NCBI GenBank assembly: GCA_964247055.1
Contig: OZ176051.1
Coordinates: forward strand, 3,596,001-3,660,000
Direction: 5' to 3'
Length of the DNA: 64,000 bases
From: Paragordius varius
Taxonomy: Eukaryota; Animalia; Nematomorpha
How positions within the stretch are numbered: position 1 is the stretch's first letter; each line of letters starts with the position of its first letter. Of this stretch, positions 53,250 through 64,000 are shown piece after piece. Below the pieces are notes generated by a model that worked only from the letters and a program-made list of their open reading frames with translations, had not been told where the DNA came from and did not search any database. Both the position numbers and the translations under genes were made by a program.

Positions 53250-54679
53250 TTATCAAAATTCAACTTCGTCAACACTTAATATTTGGCAGTGTATGGTGTT
53301 GATATAATATGTTTTATTGGAGCAAATTGTATTGACCATCTGTTCTCGAGTGATATAATTAGAGCGGAAAGCGAGTTAGGCAAATAGAGAATAACAATCT
53401 ACATAGTAATAAAGAAAATTAGGTAAAGGCTATTCGTCACCGGCCCGTTTCTTTTTAACATGAAAAATAAGATTAATCAATATTTAATCAAAGCTTAAAC
53501 AATTTTATGCTATAACTATGTATGTTAATACTTAAATGTATGAAGTATTAACTAATTTACTACGAGTATCAGGTTTTAAAAATTAAAAACATGGATTCCC
53601 ACGGCCTGTTGTTATTTGCTGAAGTCCCAATAATTATTTAGGGGGTTCATCTTGTAGTTGGGTAAAAGTTTCATAAATCAGCATATCTTCGGTATTGCTA
53701 GACCATATATACTTAATTGTAATTATTATTATTGAACTAATTCAATTATGCAACTTTGAATTGGTTGAATGGGGCAATCGAAAAAGTCGGAAAAGTAATA
53801 ATAAAAGTAAACCAGTTTAGTATAATTTTAGGAATGTCACCGTTCCTTTATAATTGGTTTAAAAATTAATTAAAGGCAGTAAAAATTGACTCTAAAAAGG
53901 CCGTGTCATAGGTATCAATAATAGATTGGGTACAATTTCTTTCGTAAAAATACGCAGGAAAACCATATATAGATTAAAGCTCCTTAAAGATTATGAACCT
54001 TGGCAATAGCGCATAGAGTATCAAGTCATCACTCAAACACTTAATATTAAGTTGTAACAATTTTTGTTAAAATGTTAGGTTGCTATTTCATTTATGACGA
54101 CATGATTATGTTTATTGGCTGAGTTAGAAAAATTCAATGAATTCAGTCTGAAGATAAAATTAATTATAGTTTATTAGCTATAAGGGTCAAGTCGGGTTGG
54201 GGTTTAAAGAGGGGAAAAAGTAAAAATATTTGGTTTATGGATCCGCTAAAGATATATGATTAATTTAGAAATATGGATATTCTGAAAGGTATAATATGGG
54301 GCATAGTATCGCAACTCACAATGAGGCACAATCACACATCTTATGGCATCAGTAATCTGCAAACGATTTTAATGTTATAAAAACTAAAATAATTATAATG
54401 ATATGTTTTGTAAAAAGAGAAGACCAAGTTATAAATATATTGTAGAGAACAGATGTTTAACCGATAGCAGAAAAAATGCCAGCCTCATTTTTCCAATATG
54501 ATAGAGATTATATAATAGGGAAACAAGGCAGTAGGTGCCCTGAAATTAAATAGGTAGACACAGTAAAATGAAAAATGGCAAAATACAAGCCTAAATCTGA
54601 AGATACCATAGCCAGATATCTATGGAAATGTATATGACCGCTTCACAAATAAGTTTTTTTACTGATATATATATAGACA

Positions 54680-56677
54680 CCAGCGTAAATCTCGTGCTGC
54701 TACGCAGCCCGAGTAAGTCCTTCGGACTTCTGGAAGGGGGGGAAGCTATATGAAAAAAGGGACAGTAAAAGGATCCAATATGTGGATTATTTCGAAACAT
54801 CATTTAATAGCTAGGATCTCATAGGATTTTCAAACCGGTGCATTCATACTAATATATTGTTTATTGGTGTAAAGGCCCTAAATTAACGGCTAACTGAAAA
54901 AACCGCTATACTATAATTTTTACCTTTTTATGGGTAATATTTAAAATCTTTATTGAACTCGTATAGCTTCTTAAATTTTTTGAAAATAAGCTCCAAAGCC
55001 ACACCATATTTGTATGGCGTCTCAGTTCTAAACCGGTAAACTCCTACCGATACGCCTAAATGGAAAAAGCGCTAAGTTAAATTTTTTGCCTTTTTATTTG
55101 GAATTATCTTTGAGACCATCGTCTCATGGGTTATTCGAAAAAATACCTCAACACTAACTAATCGTTATATGATGGCGTATTTTTAGGGCATAAAGGCCCC
55201 AAACTAACGGCTAATAAAAAACCCTGACCTTAATTTTTACCTAGTTACGGGTAATATTTCGAACTTTAAATGAGCTCATATGGCATAAGGTTTAAATTAG
55301 TTCCAAAATAAGGCAATTTCAATATATTGGCACAGTTATTGGTGGGTAGCTTCCTACCCAGAGGCAGGTAAAAAAAGCATCGGGCAAAATTTTTTTTAAA
55401 TGGGGAATATCTGGAATTATAATTTCTATATGTTCCTATAAATTCTTAGAAATATTGCTTTCAACAAATTGTTCTATGGCCGCGAATTTTTCAGGGCGAA
55501 AACTTTTCTTACCGACTCATTTAAATAACCCTCTCTACTAAAATTGTTTTTTAAGGGGTAATAAATATTTTAGATCCTTATTGAACTCACATAGTCTCAT
55601 AGGTTTTCTGAAATTTCGCTCCAAGGGCATGCTGTATCGATATAGTTACGCATTTTTACGCGGGTAGACCCCTACCTAGAGCCTATTTAACCGCTAATTT
55701 AAAACCCCTCGACTTAAATTTTTACCTTTTTACGGGTAATATTTCAGGGCCGTATAAAACTTATATGGACTGATTTCTGAAAATTAACTCCTAAATAACA
55801 CAATTTTGATATAATGGCGCAGTTGTAGGCGGGTAGCTCCTTACCCAGAGGCTGATACAAAAAAACGCTTGATTAAAATTTTACTTTTTTACGAAGAATA
55901 CCTGGAATCATGATTTATTCCATATGCTCTCATTAGTTTTCGGAAAAAATACCTCAAAATTAAAAAATTATTCTATGGTGGCGCATTTTTTAGGGCGTAA
56001 AGGGCCTAATTAACGGCTAATTTTAAAAATCCGCTCGACTTGAATTTTTGACTTTTTACGGGTAATACTTTAAGCAGCTATTGAACTCATATGGCCTGAT
56101 AGGTTTTGTGAAATTTAGCCCCAAAAGCACGCTATTTCGCTATGACGGGTCAGTTTTTCGCGGGTAGCTCCTTACCCAACAGCTATCATCAAAGAAACGC
56201 TTGACTAAAATTTTTGCCTTTTAACAGGGAATACGTGGAATCATTATTGAATTTTTACGGTCACATGCCTTGGGCGAAAAATAAATTCAAAAAATATTTT
56301 TGTGGACTTAATTTTTTTGAAAAAAATGGCATTTTACGGGGGGAGCGGGTAAAAACAGGACCTAAATTCAAAAAGCGATCCGATTATGTTCGGTGCAATC
56401 GAAAATATGTAAAAAAAACATATTGGAAATCGAATGGTCCAACACGTTTTCCGGAAAATTGTCTCAAAGACACGATTTTTGTGGACTTTTTTTTTCAAAA
56501 ACCCGTTTTTTACACGGGGTGGGCACGAACTGGGGGCCTAATTCAATAAAAGCGCGAAGCTATTGTCGGGGCATTTATTAATGATTATATTTTTTCGATA
56601 TTTGGATTTGAATGGGTCTACCGGTTTTCCGGAAACAGATCACAAACCAGCATTTTCCATTTTTATGAATATATAGA
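54680..56677 (-). mobile_element. Helitron family A, copy 4 (1998 bp, about four internal ~315-bp units)
   Basis: 3' end is CCAG on the + strand (CTAG mutated) with both hairpins intact. TC end at 56676-56677. Confidence 0.9.
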
Positions 56678-56751
56678 TAATAAATCAAAGTTTGGACATC
56701 TTCCAGATTCTAATCCAAGAATTATGTCGTAAGAATTTTTTATCGGTATCA

Positions 56752-57530
56752 TCTATATATTTATAAAAATGGAAAATGCTGTTGTGATCTGGTGGAAAAC
56801 CGGTAGACCCATTCGAATCCAAACATCGAAAAAATATAATCATTAATGAATGCCCCGACAATAGCTTCGCCCTTTTTTTGAAATAGGCCCCCAGTTCGGG
56901 CCTACCCCGTGTGAAAAACGCGTTTTTTTGGAAAAGAAGTCCACAAAAATATTTTTTTAAATCTATTTTTCGCCCTAGGTATGAGACCGTAAAATTTCAA
57001 TAAAGATTCCACGTATTCCCTGTTAAAAGGCAAAAATTTTAGTCAAGCGTTTCTATGATGATAGCTGCTGGGCAAGGAGCTACCCGCTAAAAACTGATTT
57101 TTCATGTAACTTGATCTGTTTCCGGAAAACCGGTGAACCCAATCAAATCCAAACATTGAAAAAATATAATCTTTAATGAATGCCCCGACAATAGCTTCGC
57201 CCTTTTTTTGAAATAGGCCCCCAGTTTGGGCCCACCCCGTGTGAAAAACGGGTTGAGACAATTTTCCGGAGAACGTGTTGGACCATTCAATTTCAAATAT
57301 GATTTTTGTTTACTTATTTTCGATTGCGCCGAACATAGTCGTCTCGTGATTTAGGCCCTCTTTTTACCCGCTCCCCCCGTAAAAGGCCATTTAAACAATA
57401 TATTAGTATGAATGCACCCTTTTAAATTCCTATAAAATCATATTTAAATAATGTTTCGAAGTAATCCACATATGTGGATCATTTTATTGTCCCTTATTTC
57501 AAATAGCCCCCCCCCCCCCCCCCCAGAAGT
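56752..57530 (+). mobile_element. Helitron family A, copy 5 (opposite strand, internally rearranged, 3'-truncated)
   Basis: A|TCTATATATTTATAAAAATGGAAAATGCTG at 56752. The 5' module restarts at ~57110. Similarity ends after the poly-C tract at cagaagt, with no terminal hairpin or CTAG. Confidence 0.85.
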
Positions 57531-59586
57531 TCGCATTTGTTATTTATAAAAGGTTGATCTTAACATAAAATTATAAGCGAAAAAATTTCTCCATCTTGAG
57601 TATTTGTAAGAAACGGTCAAAAATATCATTAAAATTGAATTTTTAAAAATATATAATTTACGGATCTAATTGTCCTATATCTATTTCTCCGATTTTAGTC
57701 ATCAATTTGCAGGACATTAGAAAATTGTTTGAAAAATATCATTAAAATTTTATGAGCATATTTTTGCGATTCGTAGAATTCAAATTTTAGTGGTAATATT
57801 CCAAATTTCCTGACCTCATGTTGGACACGGCTATAATATCAATGGCATACGGATTTGTAGCTGTCTGAAATCATATAAACTCAAGATAGGTCAATATATA
57901 GAGGTCGATTTCCTGTAGTAAGCGTGAACTTATCGTGGTTTATATTCTTTTTAAAATTGACTAGTCGCATATTGTACATAGAACGTCCCGAGTCGGACTA
58001 TCCTTAAAACTATGCTTCCGATTGTAGCTACGCATTTTTTTAATATTATTAAATTATTTACCGATCAGAGTTCAAATTTTAATAATATCAGGAATCGGTC
58101 TCTTTACCATATTCGATTTTTATATAAAATGGAATTTGTTTTTGCTTCTAGAAAAGCAAATATTTTCTTAAATAGTGATATTAAGTATAGAGTTATAAAA
58201 ATATTTTCTCAATGTCAAAACCTTTTTTTACATTTTTATGACTTCTGCAATCTCTTTAAAAAAAAATTTATTTAAAAATGAGTGATAAATTATTTAATGC
58301 ATCTGAAAATGCTTTGTAAGAAAACGGAAATGTTATTTTAGCTGATAATCTATCAATAGATTTTAGATCAGGGTGGTCCACAGGCGACCCTCTGAGACAT
58401 TGTGTAAGACCCCCGAATATAATTTGCAAGAATATGCTCATAAAATCTAAGTAAAAATTTCTTTAAATTTTGAATTGTTTAAGTTACAGCTTTTGCTTTG
58501 AGGAACTCATATATTAAATTTGTTGGCGCTGTGAAATAAAAAAAATATCCCAAAGGGTAATAAAAAGTCATGGTAGCTAACTTTATGTTTATAAAAAAAT
58601 AAAATCCTTTACAAATATGAGAATTTAAATCGAAAAAATTCTAGTTTATTTCACATCTACTGCATTTAAAATTAAAGTTTTAGGTTCCACATTCGGCACA
58701 TTGTGTTATATATATTTTCCCTATTAACAAGTTAAAAGACCCAAAAACCAATATTTGTCACTCTTATTCCTACTTTTTCTTGATAGCAAAAGTAAATTTA
58801 CAAATTGAAATTATTAAAAATGAGTGTTACACCTAAGACTTAATCATAGGATGATTTTTTTATAGTCCACCTTAAAATAAGTTGACAGATTTCTAAAAAT
58901 AGGCGTATTTTCGGAGCTTTACTGTTAAAATGTATAATCCACGTTAATTTTAACAGGTTGTCAATATTAATCTACTTAACTTAGAATAAAATAAAAATAT
59001 AATTCAAAACAATTATGTATTTTTCATATACATAAACAACACGTGTATTTATTTATAAATAACTCCCCTATACATTCAATATTATATACGTGACTACTTT
59101 TCCACATGCTTTGCTCATTTTTGATAAAAACACTAACATCATAATCATTATTTAGTTTTTTTTTCGTTTTTTACATCCTTAAGTTTTATTTTCGCCGAAG
59201 TTTCATAGCACAAAATCCATCCTACATGCTAATTAATATTTTTTGTGCGTGGAACAGCGGCTAAAATAGAATTTATTGTAAATTAATTAATAAATCAATC
59301 ATTTTTATTGGAATCATATCCATGTAATAACCTTAACCGTTTAAACGGTATTAAACATCTATTATTTGTCTAAAATTATTATATATATATATATATATAT
59401 ATATATCCAAAATATCTGGAAGATTCTTTTCATTCTAACAAATACATAGTATTTGTACACTTACACAGTAATTACATAACATTGTTGTCGTGTGTTCTGT
59501 TGTGTTTGTTTTATTACTTTTTTTGTATTGTTTGTTTTCATTATATACTGCTGCTTGCTATATGAAATAAATTTTTATCCTCTTAA

Positions 59587-61290
<1,704 letters not shown>

Positions 61291-62391
61291 TCACATATAA
61301 TTGACTACTTCTTATATGTATACCGATATTTCACGAACATATCTTTCAAGTTTTATACCTTACATTGGTTAAAGTTTGAAATATATATAAATGAAATATT
61401 CAGCAATGTCATATAACCAAATCAGCATTATGAATTTATAAACATGCATCTTTTCATAGCTTACATTATTATTTATATTAGTCCTTTTTTGAAAGAGAAT
61501 AGAAATCACATTAACACATTTTGTTATTGTGGTTTTGAATCTTTTGTGATCATGCATTGTAACAAATTTTTTAGTGAATTTGATATTTATTACAACAATA
61601 CTGATTTTATACGTTATACTCGATTTTTAATAAATGCTTTTACATGTTAAAATACTCACATTTATATGTAATGAGTCATATATGTATTATTCATCCGTCC
61701 TATTTTTAAGCTGATGATTCGATCAAATAAAAAATTGGACGATAATATTGCAGGTATATGTTTGATCTTTTAACCTTTCACATTTTTGTTTATAATTATC
61801 TACAAAATAGACATTATATCCAAAATTTAAAAGAACTGTTTATTAACAATTCATTTTGGGGTAAACTTCGTTAAAAGTGTTCATGATATTGAACTATTAA
61901 AATAAGTAGTTCATACCTTTTTAAACATGTTATCTAAAATGACGCTCATTTCAAACTTGTGTAAATCAATTTATTCTTCATATAAAAATTCAACAAAAGA
62001 AGGGTAGAAATTTATTATTTGATAGAAAGACTTTGTGTATGAGAAGAGGTATAATTAGGGTGTGTTGATATAATTATCGTTTATTATTATGATAATTTTT
62101 TCATACAAAAAATACCATGCAATAAAAAACATAAGAATAATTAAAAATGAATTGTACCTGTTAAATGCCAATGCATTTGTTTTACAAATCTCAAAGTGTG
62201 TTTAAATATGGGAAGATACAAGTATTGACTATTTATGGCAATTTTGAATTGTATATATTTAATAATTAATTAATTGCAATTTACATATTTTGTGAGATAA
62301 TAAAAATATAATATTTGTTCAACAAATTACAATTGTATCACACTTTTATTGAGATTAACTCTAACAAAAATATCTAAAAATATTTATAAAA

Positions 62392-63026
62392 TTATTCTAT
62401 CGCATCTAAAAAATGGCCAAGTGATTGTCCTAAACGCACCTTTTCATTGAAAGCAACGTTAAATTTGAAGTTTGAAGGTGCTTCAAAGATACAAACTATG
62501 GTTGAGCCAAGATTAAATTCTCCAAAATAATCGCCTCGTTGAATAAGTATCCCTAAATAATATATAATTGTTATGAAATTTAAATAAAAGAATAATTATT
62601 GTAGAAAAAACTTTTTTATTCCTTAATTTTGTTTATGCATTCTAATTGAGTATGATTGCAAAATAAGATAATTGACTATCAATTTACATTATTATAGTTT
62701 GATATCCAAAAAACAAAGATATTTTAAAACAATAAAGGTTTAAAAAATATTGGATATAACACATTTTAAGTAAAAACAATATATTAACCATCAGAAAAAT
62801 TTTCGGCATTCTTGGGTGTCGTCACATGTGTAGAAGTATCAATATCAAAATTTTCAACGACAATAGGCGTATAATTGTCAACGGTAGATTTTGGCTTTTT
62901 CCCCTTCATTTCGGCATTTGTATCGTTTGAAGGGTTGTCATCATTAATTATCACAGATGAGGTATCACGAAATATTTTATCGAAAAAGGTTCCAGGTTTC
63001 CATTTCTTAAGGTTTGTTTTAAGATC
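62392..63026 (-). CDS. PISD: Phosphatidylserine decarboxylase proenzyme, last two exons (missed by the ORF track)
   Basis: Exons 63026-62789 (DLKTNLKKWKPGTFFDKIF...) and 62552-62392 (GILIQRGDYFGEFNLGSTIVCIFEAPSNFKF..KVRLGQSLG), with the LGST autocleavage motif. Upstream exons not identified in the window. Confidence 0.9.
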
Positions 63027-63048
63027 CTTGCAATAGAGAAAACGTTTA

Positions 63049-63774
63049 ATTATTATATATGGAATAATTCAGCAAAAATAATATAAATTTATTATAATAT
63101 TTCGATTACTACAAGTAATCTTTGTCAAACGTAAAAATAAAATAAAATATAAACTAAAATTTAAATTATAAAGTAAAAATATTAATGAGATATGAAACTA
63201 AAAAAACATGTGTGTATTGTTAATAAGAAAAAAATTTGTAATGTTATTAATATTGTTAAGGTCCTTGTTTCTGTTCATTATATTTCCTTCTTTGTTAATA
63301 TAAAAACTTTCCTTCAATATTCTTTTTGTTCTGTTTTCCTCTGTATCGACAACTTCGGCATCCCAGTTTATTTTATGTTTACATTTAAAGGCATGATATG
63401 CCAAAGCCGAATCATTAGTATTATTCTTGCTAAATAAACTGGGATGCCGAAGTTGACGATACAGAGGAAAACAGAACAAAAAGAATATTGAAGGAAAGTT
63501 TTTATATTAACAAAGAAGGAAATATAATGAACAGAAACAAGGACCTTAACAATATTAATAACATTACAAATTTTTTTCTTATTAACAATACACACATGTT
63601 TTTTTAGTTTCATATCTCATTAATATTTTTACTTTATAATTTAAATTTTAGTTTATATTTTATTTTATTTTTACGTTTGACAAAGATTACTTGTAGTAAT
63701 CGAAATATTATAATAAATTTATATTATTTTTGCTGAATTATTCAATATATAATAATACAATCACACTTCAGCGT
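63049..63774. mobile_element. Penelope-like element 3' fragments arranged head-to-head as an inverted repeat
   Basis: Arms 63049-63373 and 63432-63756. The minus strand encodes SALAYHAFKCKHKINWDAEVVDTEENRTKRILKESFYINKEGNIMNRN, typical of the PLE GIY-YIG C-terminus. Direct repeat AAAACGTTTAATT at 63039-63051 and 63775-63787. Confidence 0.85.
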
Positions 63775-64000
63775 AAAACGTTTAATTTTTAGAAATTGGA
63801 GTTTGTTTTTGACCAATTCTATTATAATATCGGTCAGATCTCCAGTTATTCATAATCATAAATATGCAACATTACCACAAATGTAAAAGATTTGTTTACA
63901 AAACCATTGATCTTATTCATTTAAAAAGTTTTATGATTTTAGATTACCTTTTAAAATCACACTTGTTATTAAATTACATCAATGATAAACATATATTTAT

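Noticed and set aside
54660-54683. TCTATATATA abutting the 3' end of Helitron copy 4, and ctgatatatatata flanking copies 1 and 4
   Set aside because: It could be a head-to-tail junction or TA-tract preference, but the downstream sequence does not match the family 5' end and TA runs are common here.
51320-56230. Periodic hairpin-bearing repeats resembling a CRISPR array
   Set aside because: Units are ~315 bp, degenerate, without unique spacers or cas genes, in a eukaryotic context.
63192-63613. Two near-identical ORFs on opposite strands
   Set aside because: Mirror images created by the palindrome. Only the antisense frame of 63198-63479 has recognisable (PLE) coding signal.

Overview
Very AT-rich (roughly one-quarter GC by eye), TE-laden invertebrate animal genomic DNA using the standard code. 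I cannot assign the species. Hand-spliced gene models give: an orphan low-complexity protein (-), probably joined to a distal Cys-rich exon; an Asx/ASXL homolog (+); a B3GAT-type glucuronosyltransferase (+); a CRAMP1/cramped homolog (-); a short glucosidase II beta-like gene (+); TBL2 (-); JNK (+); and the 3' end of PISD (-). The main result is about 17 GT-AG introns of only 21-32 nt that are needed to restore conserved domains. They sit mostly at the 5' end of five genes, while the later introns of those genes are usually 0.1-1.5 kb and hold transposons. Intergenic and long-intron DNA carries five copies of a non-autonomous Helitron with a variable internal tandem array, six copies of a TTAA piggyBac-like MITE nested reciprocally with the Helitron, two decayed Mos1-like mariners (one interrupted by a young PHD-bearing RTE LINE), a 1.2-kb foldback element, and a near-perfect 325-bp-arm Penelope hairpin inside a PISD intron. 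No tRNA, rRNA or CRISPR array was found. All homology calls come from remembered motifs, not database searches, and boundaries were counted by hand.
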